Source: Nostoc sp. (GTDB lineage: Bacteria > Cyanobacteriota > Cyanobacteriia > Cyanobacteriales > Nostocaceae). From it: a stretch of DNA of 64,000 nt. Positions 31,170 through 41,519 of this stretch are shown here, in pieces. The DNA lies in assembly GCA_036918135.1 (NCBI GenBank), contig JBALDB010000046.1, positions 96,001 to 160,000 of the forward strand, written 5' to 3'. The translations under genes were made by a program, and so were the position numbers. The notes beneath the pieces were generated by a model, which saw only the letters and a list, made by a program, of their open reading frames with translations, ran no database searches and had not been told where the DNA came from. Positions within the stretch are counted from its first letter, which is position 1, and each line of letters opens with the position of its first letter.

Positions 31170-32224
31170 AGGGAACTTTTTTCAACTGTGAGGCTCCATG
31201 AATTCAGAAACGCTACAATCAGCAATTCACTGAATTTAGGCACATTATTTCGATCTTCGCAAAAATATTAAGACATAGCACTCTATATCTGAGTATATTT
31301 TTTCTGAGTGACAGTGCTTAGGAATCAATTAAATTTTACTAGAACGCATATAGGTGCTAGAAAAAAGGAAGTTTCGTATATCTGACTGTATCTAGTAGCA
31401 TAAATGTCTTTTATGAGCTTTTTTGTTTTCCGTAAATTGAACTAAAGAGATTTTTATTCTAAGTTGATAATCGACCTTTAAAATTTATCTTATTTAAGGT
31501 ATACTTTCCATCTAATACTTAAGAGTTAGTTTTTGATATTTGAAATCATCTTATGCTTAATAGTCTCATTATTTTGATTATTGAGCAATCAATAATTATA
31601 TCTTTAACGAACAGGGCATGTTTTGTATTTTGTGTAAAAGCATTGGGTATGGATTAAACACGCAGTATGGGAAGATTATTAAAAAAGCTTCCCACCCCTC
31701 TACAGACTTCCTCATCTGACTGCATTCCCCTGTCCACTTCTGCACTTTGACGCTTGCGTGCTTTGCCTCGTCTCTCATCCCCATAGTTAATAATCTCAAG
31801 GTATGGTAGATGACTTTGGCAATCAGGGATTCGCTACCACTGCGCCCAGTGAATGATTCAAAGATTTTCTAGCCAAACCGAGTTATTTGCCGCTTTTATC
31901 AGGTATGGTAAAAAATTGTTGTCTTTTTTGCCTGGATTTCATCAAACTGCTATGTTAAGCTGTTCCACATCAAAGTTCCATATAATAAGCAATCAAGACG
32001 CCTGCACTACAAAAATTGTATGTTTTTGGGTTATGCAACGAATATGTCTTACGGCTTTACTTATGCGGAACAATGTCCTTCAGTATCAGCGGACTAGCTT
32101 CAGGCAACACATAATTTATCAAAGCCAAATGTCTACTAAATCGACTTTAGGCTTATTCTAAAATTAACCAAGAAAGCAACCTGACTATTGCTCTATACTC
32201 TTTGGGCTAGTAGGCTACATCAAA

Positions 32225-32722
32225 TCAAAGTCCTATAACATATTTTTGCCACTCCGCGTGTAGTCCACTCTTAAGATGTTTGCTAACCTCGAAATAAAGG
32301 CTGCTATAAGGTTGGCGAGGAGGATGACGCAAGGGCATATGAGCTTCGTGCGGAGTACGACTACCTTTCTTAACATTGCAACGAACGCAAGCTGTGACAA
32401 TGTTCTCCCAGGTATCTCCACCGCCGCGCGATCGCGGTATTACATGGTCTAAGGTCAACTCATCCCCTGTGTAACCACAGTATTGACAAGCATGACCATC
32501 ACGATGCAATATGTTTCGGCGCGTCAGAGGAATTTCTTTATAAGGAACGCGGACATAATGACGCAACCTGATTACGGTCGGCAACGGGAAATCCGAGTAA
32601 AGGAATTTACCATTGTGTTCCACGCGTTCTGCCTTGCCCTTGATTAACAGAACCGCAGCACGACGCCAACTCGTTATATTGAGAGGTTCGTAAGAGGCGT
32701 TTAAGACTAAAACCTTCCCCAT
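32225..32722 (-). CDS. HNH endonuclease family protein
   Basis: VLVLNASYEP, RDGHACQYC, TLDHVIPRSRGG..W.N.VTAC..CN..K. Confidence 0.93.
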   Translation of the reverse strand: MGKVLVLNASYEPLNITSWRRAAVLLIKGKAERVEHNGKFLYSDFPLPTVIRLRHYVRVPYKEIPLTRRNILHRDGHACQYCGYTGDELTLDHVIPRSRGGGDTWENIVTACVRCNVKKGSRTPHEAHMPLRHPPRQPYSSLYFEVSKHLKSGLHAEWQKYVIGL

Positions 32723-33199
32723 TGATCTGCGCTTAGGGTATTAGTTTTACATATATTAACACAAATATACCCTTCTAGGGAGATGAGAATAAATTATACT
32801 TTCGGAATAATTCGCAAATTAAGTTATGAGTTAGAAGTTTGGAAGTAAAACGCCTAACCTCAGCACTTAGACATAATTTTAAAAAATATAGACACAAATA
32901 GATTTATCGTAGGCTAACGCTAACGCTAAAAGCTGGCGCTCAGACTTATGCTGGCAATGGAGTGGTATAACTTGGACGAAGTAGTACAGGGCGGCTAAAT
33001 TACGCCATCGATTTGAAATGTCTAAAACCCATATGCAACATGAATTACGAATTACGCATAACTTTTACTTGAGTAGCGCAACATATTGTATCAATTCCAA
33101 GTCAAGGGTAAACTTCCTGTTTAATCTGATATCGCTTCTAGGAGCGTGTATAGATAGATAATTTGAAGTTGAGCTACGGTGTGATAGGAGTCAGTACAA

Positions 33200-34387
33200 A
33201 TGTTAAGTCGCAAACAAATCCCTGGTGTAGTTCGTAATGAGCAGTGCGACACCTACGCGTGGTTTTCGCAACGAGCTTGGGTAGAAATTGATTTAGGAGC
33301 GTTATCGTACAATGTACAGCAACTAGTACAGTTGTTATCGCCGCACACCCAGTTGATGGCAGTGGTAAAAGCTGATGCCTATGGACATGGAGCGGTAACA
33401 GTTGCCCAAACTGCAATTCAATCGGGAGCTAGTTGGTTGGGAGTCGCTACAGTTCCAGAGGCGATTCAATTGCGAGAAGGCGGGATTCAAGCTCCGATTT
33501 TGATTTTAGGGGCGACTCATACACCAGAGCAGATTTATGCGATCGCTCAATGGAAACTTCAGCCTACATTGTGCAGCCCGAAACAAGCTTTAGTATTTTC
33601 TGATACTCTAGAATCGATGAATTTCGGTTCTCCCGTACCCGTACATATCAAATTAGACACGGGAATGTCCAGGCTGGGAACTAATTGGCAGCAAGCTGGT
33701 GAATTTGTGCAATTAGTGCAGCGGTTACCACATCTTTCTATTGCGAGTATTTATTCCCATTTGGCAACAGCAGATAGTCCCGATAGTACGGCAATGGCAG
33801 AACAGCATAGACGATTTGAAGAAGCGATCGCTCAAATCAAAGCATTGGGAATCCAACCGCCTTGCTTGCACTTGGCCAATTCAGCTGCCGCACTCACTGA
33901 CCGAGGATTGCACTACGATATTGCACGAGTAGGTTTAGCAGTTTACGGACTTTACCCAGCGCCGCATTTACAAAAGGCGATCGACCTCAAACCCGTTTTG
34001 GAACTTAAGGCACGAGTTACCCAAGTCAAAACAATTGCCGCAGGAACCGCTGTCAGCTACGGTCATCAATTTATTGCCCCGTGCGAACTTCGCCTCGCCG
34101 TCGTGGGAATTGGCTATGCTGACGGCGTTCCTCGTCATCTTTCTAATAAAATGCAGGTGTTAATTCGCGGTCAGCGAATCCCGCAAATCGGAACAATTAC
34201 AATGGATCAGTTGATGCTCGATGTGAGTGCTATACCTGATATCCAAGAAGGAGAAGTAGTCACCTTACTTGGAGAACAGGGAAAAGAAAAAATTTCAGCA
34301 GACGATTGGGCAGAACAATTAAATACTATTTCCTGGGAAATTCTTTGCGGCTTCAAGCATCGTCTGCCTCGTGTTGCTGTTATGTAA
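33200..34387 (+). CDS. alr: Alanine racemase
   Basis: AVVKADAYGHG (PLP Lys), HIKLDTGMSRLG, GYADG, MDQ. Confidence 0.97.
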   Translation: MLSRKQIPGVVRNEQCDTYAWFSQRAWVEIDLGALSYNVQQLVQLLSPHTQLMAVVKADAYGHGAVTVAQTAIQSGASWLGVATVPEAIQLREGGIQAPILILGATHTPEQIYAIAQWKLQPTLCSPKQALVFSDTLESMNFGSPVPVHIKLDTGMSRLGTNWQQAGEFVQLVQRLPHLSIASIYSHLATADSPDSTAMAEQHRRFEEAIAQIKALGIQPPCLHLANSAAALTDRGLHYDIARVGLAVYGLYPAPHLQKAIDLKPVLELKARVTQVKTIAAGTAVSYGHQFIAPCELRLAVVGIGYADGVPRHLSNKMQVLIRGQRIPQIGTITMDQLMLDVSAIPDIQEGEVVTLLGEQGKEKISADDWAEQLNTISWEILCGFKHRLPRVAVM

Positions 34388-34411
34388 TTGGATATGGGGT
34401 ATTGGCCATTA

Positions 34412-34517
34412 GCATGGGCAAACAGGAAGTGTGGGAGGTGTAGGAGGATGGGGAAGAAATCTTGCCCCCCTCTCTCCCCACACTCCTCATCTTCCCATCT
34501 CCCCACTCCCTATTCCC
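34412..34517. repeat. Dispersed repeat downstream of alr, inverted copy of 25975-26100
   Basis: TGGGCAAACAGGAAGTGTGGGAGGTGTAGGAGGATGGGGAAGAAATCTT... Confidence 0.8.
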
Positions 34518-34552
34518 AAAAATAATTTCTTATGGTAGTATAGTAAACTGAT

Positions 34553-34634
34553 GCGGATGTGGCGGAATTGGCAGACGCGCTAGATTTAGGTTCTAGTTCC
34601 GAAAGGAGTGAAGGTTCAAGTCCTTTCATCCGCA
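34553..34634 (+). tRNA. trnL: tRNA-Leu (anticodon UAG)
   Basis: Acceptor stem GCGGATG/CATCCGC, D-loop GGAATTGGCAGAC, anticodon arm CTAGA-TTTAGGT-TCTAG, long variable arm, GGTTCAAGTCC; CCA not encoded. Confidence 0.97.
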
Positions 34635-34883
34635 CTTTTAATTACTGAAAGCTGTATGAGCCTATTGGCTTATGTAGAAAATCTATAGTTACAGCGATCG
34701 CTCGTGTGTTTCCTTTTTTCTTTAGAAGGAGTTTCAGGCTGTGGCTAGGCTTGGTGATTGGGTGCAGCACTGAACTATAGGCGTTGGTTTGCTTTCAAAC
34801 AGGCAATCGCAGTTGCCACAATAACGTTAGGCGCATTTAAATTAACTTACAAGAATTAACATCAAAAGCGATAATTAATGCTT

Positions 34884-35558
34884 TTATTCGTCCAAATCTG
34901 AGGTAATGAGTTTTTCAATTAGTTCGATAACACCATTCCCCCGACTACCATTAGTCACAAAATCCACGCGTTCTTTGAGCATTGGCAAAGCATTGGCAAC
35001 TGCTACTGAATAACCACAAATACTCAGGAAATCATAGTCATTTTCTGCATCGCCAATCCCAACTACGTTTTCTGGTAATAACTGCATCTGGGCCAAAGCG
35101 GCGGCTAACCCTGTAGCTTTGTTAATTCCTGACGGTAACACCATTACCGCAGCTTTGTTCAAGATGACTTGCAATTCTAATCCCATGTGGCGGATAGTTT
35201 CTAAGACTGTTGTTTCATGGGGATGCCATGTAGCAACAATTACACGGCCAACTGAGAGGGGCTTGACTTGGGGATCGCGTAATGTGTTAATAAATTTTGC
35301 TGATGGTTAGGAACCTAATAGTTTTTCCTGACGGGTAGCTGGTGAGTAGAGCAAAGCGCCGTTTTCTGCTACTACATAATCAAATAAATCTACATGTACA
35401 AACACTTGTTGCAATTCATCTAACTGTCTACCTGTCACCAAGATGAGTTTATAACCAGAACTTTGCAGACGTATAAGTGCTGCTAAAGTATTTTCATTTA
35501 CATGATTGTCAGTTGCTAGTGTACCGTCATAGTCAGTGGCTAATACAGAATAACGCAT
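34884..35558 (-). pseudogene. Cof-type HAD hydrolase interrupted by one in-frame TAA
   Basis: Motif I DYDGT, VTGR, AENGA, then TAA at 35307-35309; the same frame resumes to NKATGL, GDAEND and AVANA. Confidence 0.85.
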
Positions 35559-35859
35559 AATGTTACTCCATTTTTTTGAGTGTTGAAGAAGAATATAGAA
35601 TTCAGAATCAATTATATGTAGGTATTTACCGCTAATCCGGGAGCGATCGCATCCTCGTGTTGCCTTAATTTAGGGATAATCTTAAAAGCTTCAGTAGCTA
35701 GTTTTTTGTTGAATGTAGCATGTAGGGACTCGGCGGTCGGCGTTTGGAACACATCACTTGTGCTGAAACTCTATACTTTTCTCAAATATAAATTGCTGGT
35801 ATTGAATTATTCTGATAATAAATATGCAAACTTTCAATTATGTTTTATTTTTTTTTTTT

Positions 35860-36057
35860 AAATCAGTATTATCCCTGTAGTCATAATGGGGGTAGTTAAC
35901 GAACAGTAGCTTTATTTAGTACTTACATAATTAAAGACTAGATTTTACTTAAGTGTAAATACAGAAGTTCAAAGATATTATTTTCAGAAAATCAGTATTA
36001 TTCCTGTGGTCAGAATGGGGTTACTCAATGGAAAGTGGCTTCATCTAGTCTTGACAT
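35860..36057. repeat. 69-bp degenerate direct repeat upstream of the chemosensory operon
   Basis: 35860-35928 versus 35989-36057 align without gaps, 54/69 identical by hand count. Confidence 0.8.
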
Positions 36058-36309
36058 TTCTATGTCTTATTTTTCAAAAATGTTTCTAAATCTCAGTAAC
36101 AGGAAGTAAATTAATAAGAATTTACGAATTTACTGGGATTTGAGCATTTGAAAATAACGCTGCTTTCGTTGAGTTTCACCACAAATCTAGAAGTAAAATT
36201 TATGTATTTTAAAATACAATAATTATAAGCCTTTTACTTAATTTGAATTGTGGAAGAACTCTGCACGAATTTAGCTTACACATACCGAATTTAGCTGAGT
36301 AAAAGCAAA

Positions 36310-37347
36310 ATGAGCACAACTCCTATAGGTAGCTTCAAGTTGTTCCAAAAACTACATCCGCTATCTCTGTTGGCACAATTAACTAGTCGGCGTGCTACAG
36401 GTTGCTTAAGCGTATTTACTGGGATAGTTTATTGGTCAATTTATCTAGAGGACGGTAAACTTACTTATGCCTCCTATTCAGATAAACTGTTTGAGCGGCT
36501 TGATAGTCACTTGCGGCGCTTGAGTCAGCAAATTCCTGCTCTCAATAGCGCTACTCGCGTACAGATGCGGCTGATGTTTGAAACAAAAAATGAACATCAG
36601 TTAATACCAAATGCCGATTATCAAGCTATTTGCTGGCTAGTAAATCAGGATTTGATTACCCCTGTGCAAGCAGCAACCTTGATAGACGAATTAGCAAAAG
36701 AAGTACTGGAATCATTTCTGTGCTTAAAAGAAGGTAGCTATGAATTTAGTCCAGAAAATTCTTTAGATGAACTACCAAAATTCTGTCGTCTAGATTTGCG
36801 GTTACTTGTCGAACATTGTCAAAAACAGTTAAGAAATCGACAAAATATCAAGTCCTCAATTCCTGCTGGTGGGAGTTCTCAAGTTTTGCCCCAATTGCAA
36901 ATTAAACTTGGACAAAAATCTCCTAGACAAATCAATTTTGATATTTCAGAAAATAATATAACGCAGTTACCTGTTGGCAAAAATATATACACAATTGCCT
37001 GCATTGATGATAGTCAAACGGTGTTGAATTCTATTAAGCACTTTTTGGATGAAAATACATTTTCAGTTGTAACAATCAACGATCCAGTGAAAGCTTTAAT
37101 GCAAATTCTCCGCAGTAAGCCCGATTTGATTTTGCTAGATGTTGAAATGCCTTCATTAGATGGCTATGAATTATGTTCATTATTACGTAAACATTCAGCT
37201 TTTAAAAATACACCTATCATCATGGTAACTGGGAGAACAGGATTTATTGATAGGGCAAAAGCTAAAATGGTCAGGTCATCAGGATATTTGACTAAGCCTT
37301 TTACGCAGTCAGAATTGTTAAAAATCGTATTTAAATATCTTGATTAA
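36310..37347 (+). CDS. PatA-family response regulator (PATAN + receiver; PixG-like)
   Basis: N-terminal PATAN-type region; C-terminal IACIDDS, DLILLDVEMP, VTG, LTKPF. Confidence 0.92.
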   Translation: MSTTPIGSFKLFQKLHPLSLLAQLTSRRATGCLSVFTGIVYWSIYLEDGKLTYASYSDKLFERLDSHLRRLSQQIPALNSATRVQMRLMFETKNEHQLIPNADYQAICWLVNQDLITPVQAATLIDELAKEVLESFLCLKEGSYEFSPENSLDELPKFCRLDLRLLVEHCQKQLRNRQNIKSSIPAGGSSQVLPQLQIKLGQKSPRQINFDISENNITQLPVGKNIYTIACIDDSQTVLNSIKHFLDENTFSVVTINDPVKALMQILRSKPDLILLDVEMPSLDGYELCSLLRKHSAFKNTPIIMVTGRTGFIDRAKAKMVRSSGYLTKPFTQSELLKIVFKYLD

Positions 37348-37451
37348 TTGAGAATTGGGAATTCTGTCTCCTAAATTCTCAATTCTAACTCCTGATTCTT
37401 GAGTTCTGATAGCAAATTTAATCGCCTTAATTTACTTTTAGGAGATTTATA

Positions 37452-37829
37452 GTGAGCCTGACTTTGCTTGGCACAATTCTGATTGTAGAAGATTCTCCCA
37501 GCGAATTGGAATTAATGAGCCATTATCTGAAAGAAAGTGGTTACAACGTAATTAAAACTGCTGGTGCAAAAGAAGCTTTAGAAAAAGCTGTGTTAGAAAA
37601 AATAGATGCGATTGTTACTGATGTAGTAATGCCAGAAATGAGTGGATTTGAATTGTGTCGCTCCCTGAGAAAAAATCCAATTACTGCAAAAGTGCCAATT
37701 GTAATTTGTAGTTCTAAAAATCAGGAAATTGACCGATTGTGGGCGATGAGACAAGGAGCAGATGCTTATATAACTAAACCTTATACCCGCGAACATCTCC
37801 TACGTACTATTAAATCAGTGGTAATTTAA
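37452..37829 (+). CDS. cheY: CheY-like response regulator (PixH-like)
   Basis: ILIVEDS, TDVVMPEMSG, W..RQGA..YITKP; GTG start with AGGAG RBS. Confidence 0.9.
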   Translation: MSLTLLGTILIVEDSPSELELMSHYLKESGYNVIKTAGAKEALEKAVLEKIDAIVTDVVMPEMSGFELCRSLRKNPITAKVPIVICSSKNQEIDRLWAMRQGADAYITKPYTREHLLRTIKSVVI

Positions 37830-37833
37830 ATCA

Positions 37834-38331
37834 ATGACTAGTACAAAAATTACACTTTCCTCAAAACCAATCGAAAATAACTTAGCAGATGGTTATTTAA
37901 AATTCCAGTTAAATCAACAGACTGGTGCTGTTTTATCAATGAAATATACTCAAGAAGCAATTATTGTACCTGTTGAGTCTGTTACTTCGATGCCTAATAT
38001 GCCTCCTTGCATATTGGGATTAATGAATTGGCGGAGTCGGATAATTTGGGTAATTGATTTGCCAAAAATACTGAATTTAGAATCTCTTGATTATCGAGTG
38101 CGGCAGTATAATGTGATCGTTGTTCGAGTAGAATCATTGTTATTAGGTTTAGTTGTACAAGAAATCAAAGGTACAACTAAGTTTGTTGCTGATGAAATTC
38201 ATTCTCCCATAGGACAAGTGGCATCTAGTTTAGTTCCTTATTTATGTGGATGTGTAGTGCAACAAAAAGAAATATTACTCGTATTAGATGCTCAAGCTAT
38301 TGTGCAGTCTTCTAGTCTTCGCAGTGATTAA
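37834..38331 (+). CDS. cheW: CheW-like adaptor (PixI-like)
   Basis: MPNMP.CILGLMNWRSRIIWVIDL, LGLVV.EI.G, LVLD. Confidence 0.93.
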   Translation: MTSTKITLSSKPIENNLADGYLKFQLNQQTGAVLSMKYTQEAIIVPVESVTSMPNMPPCILGLMNWRSRIIWVIDLPKILNLESLDYRVRQYNVIVVRVESLLLGLVVQEIKGTTKFVADEIHSPIGQVASSLVPYLCGCVVQQKEILLVLDAQAIVQSSSLRSD

Positions 38332-38424
38332 AGTTTACTAAAAATATTTCAGGAGTCCAGAGTCAAAATCCTTTATAAAAAATAATTTTTAGTGTACTTA
38401 TTCATATACCGGAGAACTAATTTT

Positions 38425-41253
38425 ATGTTTAATAAAACTAATACGAACAACGGTAGTGTTCCTCCAAATCAGACATCACTGATTTCATCTCAAAAAATTA
38501 TTGGTAGTGCAGTAAAGCTGCCAATTAAACCTACTACTGACACTGCTAGGAAGTCTTTTGGAAATCCAGTTTTTGACTATTTTACAAGGCTGAGCTTAGT
38601 TACGAAAGCAACAATTTTGGCGATCGCCATTGGTACACTACCTGTATTGGCCATAGGTGCGATCGCTTTCAGCTTTGCTAACAAATCGATTACGAAGCAA
38701 ATTACTCAGTCTCAACAAGCCCAAGCCACTGGTTTAAGCGATAAAATTAACCGTTTCATGTTGGGACGCTATGGAGATATTCAAGTAATATCTAGCTTAC
38801 CATTTTTGACAAATTCTCAAGCTAGTGTAAGCACAAATAGTCAAGAAAAGCAAGCAGTTCTGAATCGGGTTGTAGAAGCTTACCAAGCTTATGACAGTGT
38901 TGCCATTTTCGATCCCCAAGGCAATTTAATTGTTCAATCTACAGGCGAACTTCTGGAAAACCAAAAAGACCAGAAGTATTTTCAAGAGGTTCTGCAAAAA
39001 GATACTCCTATTATTAGTAATCCAGAAGCAGCAACAAATACTGGGGTGATAAATATTTATATAGCAGCACCAATAAAAAATACATTTACTGGTCAAACTA
39101 TTGGTGTGGTTAGAGCGCGGATGCCCATAAAATCTTTAGCTGAAGTCATTAAAAACTATGCGGTTAATGGACAAAAATATTATTTACTTGATGCTGCGGG
39201 AATAGTTTTCTTAAGTCCACAAAAGCAATTATTGGGCAAACAAGCAAAGGCAGAATATCGGAGTTTAGCTAAACTGCTAACAGCAAAAAAAGTAAATAGT
39301 TTTATTGAAGTTCCCAAAAATTATAAAAAACAAGAATTAGTTAGCTACGTGCCATCGACTAAGTTAGATGGCTTGCCCGATTTAAATTGGCAAGTACTTT
39401 TATCTACAGACACAGCAATTGTATTTGAACCGCAAAGACAACTATTGTGGATTATAGCCATCGGCACTGGATTAACAGCTTTGATTGTAGCAGCGATCGC
39501 ATCTTGGTTAGCGAAACTGACTACACAGCCAATTTTGAATGCAACTGCGGCATTAGCAAAGTTAAATCAAAGAAAATTAAACACTCGTTTGGATACCCAA
39601 AGAGAAGATGAATTAGGGATATTGAGTGCAAATATCAACCAGATGGCTGAACAATTAGAGATTTTATCCAAGGAACAGGAACTAGATGTTGAAGCAGCAA
39701 AACTATTAGCAGATATTAGTTTAAATATTCGGAGAACTCTCAAAACAGAAGATATTTATCAAATAGCAGTTCAAGAAGTTCGCCGAGCAATAAAAACAGA
39801 CCGAGTAATCATTTATTATCTGAATCCAGATACTAAAGATGGTGTCGTTATTGCTGAATCAGTAAGTAGCAATTGGCCTCAAATGATTGGAGTGCGAATT
39901 GACGAGCCTTCTTTTTGGACACACCGTATAGAGACTTATCCAGATAATCGAGTACAAGCAGTTGCCAACATTTATCAAGACCAAAATGTTAAAAGTACCG
40001 ACGGTTACATTCAACTATTAGAAAAATTCGCGGTCAAAGGTAATTTAATTACACCAATTATTGTCCAAGAACAACTTTTAGGCTTATTAATCGCCGATTG
40101 TTGTGAAACTCCTCATGTTTGGCAACAGCCAGAAATTAACTTGTTTCAACAGATAGCAACTCAAATCGGTTATGCATTGGAAGAAGCTAAGCTACTAGAG
40201 GAAATAAAACAAGCCAAGAATATTGCTGTAATAGATTCTGATGAAGAACGGCAAGAAAAAGAAGCACTGCAACAACAACTTTTAGAATTACTCGATGACA
40301 TAGAAGGTGCAGCTAAAGGCGATTTGACAGTGCGTGCAGACGTGACTGCTGGAGAAATAGGCACTGTTGCTGACTTTTTCAACTCCATTGTCGAAAGCCT
40401 GCGAGATATTGTTACCCAAGTTAAACAAGCTGCTACTCAAGTAAATACCGCCATCAGCTCTAACGAAGGAGCCATTTACCAATTAGCAGAGGAAGCACTC
40501 ACCCAAGCCACTCAAATCAATTGGACTCTCGATGCTGTTGACCAAATGACCCAATCTATGCAGGCTGTAGCCGAAAGCGCCGAAAAAGCAGCTTTTATTG
40601 CTAATCATGCTGCTCATAACGCCACTCAGAGTGGACACGCGATGGATTTAACAGTACAAAACATCCTGTCTATGCGGGAAACAGTTGGTGAAACTGCCAA
40701 AAAAGTCAAGCGTCTTGGCGAATCTTCGCAACAAATTTCTCGCGTAGTTTCTTTAATTAATCAAATCGCCATCCAAACCAACTTGCTTGCAATTAACGCT
40801 GGTATAGAAGCAGCGCGTGCGGGCGAAGAAGGTCAAGGTTTTGCTGTCGTTGCAGAAGAAGTCGGCGAACTAGCAATTAGGAGTGCAGCTGCAACCCAAG
40901 AAATTGAAGAAATTGTAGAGAATATCCAACGAGAAACCAGCGAAGTGGTACACGCGATGGAAATCGGAACTACCCAAGTGGTAGAAGGTACTCGAATTGT
41001 AGAGGAGGCGAAGGGAAGTCTAAATCAGATTTTGGATGTATCGCGTCAAATTGACTTTTTAGTGCAGTCGATTTCTACTGCAACTGCATCTCAAGTAGAA
41101 ACATCACAAAGTGTCAGCCAATTGATGAAAGATGTCGCCGCCGTATCACAACGCACCAGCGATTCTTCTGTGCAAATCTCCCAATCTCTACAAGAAACTG
41201 TAGAGATTTCCCAGCAATTGCAAGAGACTGTCGGAACTTTCAAAGTTAGTTAG
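38425..41253 (+). CDS. Methyl-accepting chemotaxis protein: TM-Cache-TM-HAMP-GAF-HAMP-MA (PixJ-like)
   Basis: Two TM segments, DELG.L...INQMA HAMP, DRVIIY...[37 protein letters not shown] signalling hairpin; ATG 38425. Confidence 0.95.
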   Translation: MFNKTNTNNGSVPPNQTSLISSQKIIGSAVKLPIKPTTDTARKSFGNPVFDYFTRLSLVTKATILAIAIGTLPVLAIGAIAFSFANKSITKQITQSQQAQATGLSDKINRFMLGRYGDIQVISSLPFLTNSQASVSTNSQEKQAVLNRVVEAYQAYDSVAIFDPQGNLIVQSTGELLENQKDQKYFQEVLQKDTPIISNPEAATNTGVINIYIAAPIKNTFTGQTIGVVRARMPIKSLAEVIKNYAVNGQKYYLLDAAGIVFLSPQKQLLGKQAKAEYRSLAKLLTAKKVNSFIEVPKNYKKQELVSYVPSTKLDGLPDLNWQVLLSTDTAIVFEPQRQLLWIIAIGTGLTALIVAAIASWLAKLTTQPILNATAALAKLNQRKLNTRLDTQREDELGILSANINQMAEQLEILSKEQELDVEAAKLLADISLNIRRTLKTEDIYQIAVQEVRRAIKTDRVIIYYLNPDTKDGVVIAESVSSNWPQMIGVRIDEPSFWTHRIETYPDNRVQAVANIYQDQNVKSTDGYIQLLEKFAVKGNLITPIIVQEQLLGLLIADCCETPHVWQQPEINLFQQIATQIGYALEEAKLLEEIKQAKNIAVIDSDEERQEKEALQQQLLELLDDIEGAAKGDLTVRADVTAGEIGTVADFFNSIVESLRDIVTQVKQAATQVNTAISSNEGAIYQLAEEALTQATQINWTLDAVDQMTQSMQAVAESAEKAAFIANHAAHNATQSGHAMDLTVQNILSMRETVGETAKKVKRLGESSQQISRVVSLINQIAIQTNLLAINAGIEAARAGEEGQGFAVVAEEVGELAIRSAAATQEIEEIVENIQRETSEVVHAMEIGTTQVVEGTRIVEEAKGSLNQILDVSRQIDFLVQSISTATASQVETSQSVSQLMKDVAAVSQRTSDSSVQISQSLQETVEISQQLQETVGTFKVS

Positions 41254-41280
41254 GTTTGTTATTAGTCGTTAGTCATTTGT

Positions 41281-41390
41281 CATTTGTCCTCTCTTACAAA
41301 GTTAAGGCAGTCCGTTGGCGGGGTTCCCCCGCTTAAAGGAACTGCCGTCTGTTCGGAGGAAACCTCCGTCAGACTTTGCGCTTTGTCATT
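41281..41390. repeat. Modular small dispersed repeat within an STRR field (about 41260-41510)
   Basis: TCCTCTCTTACAAAGT...GACTTTGCGCTTTGTCAT ends; two internal hairpins; flanking GTCATT/ATGACTA heptamers. Confidence 0.9.
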
Positions 41391-41519
41391 AGTCGTTAGT
41401 CATTTGTTATTTATCCATAACCAATGATTAATGCCTAATACCTCATATTCAATGACTAATGATTAATGACTAATAATTAATAACTAATAACTAATGACTA
41501 ATGACTAAGGACAAAAATC

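Noticed and set aside
31853..32161. 102-aa plus-strand ORF in the spacer (also 1172-1486, 21427-21618, 29510-29713)
   Set aside because: No recognisable motif or RBS; composition resembles non-coding DNA or antisense to a pseudogene
32225..32722. HNH gene as a mobile or defence element
   Set aside because: It resembles the ordinary conserved cyanobacterial HNH protein; no flanking repeats, intron or methylase partner seen
34553..35600. Genomic island integrated at tRNA-Leu
   Set aside because: No integrase and no duplicated tRNA 3' end noticed in the window
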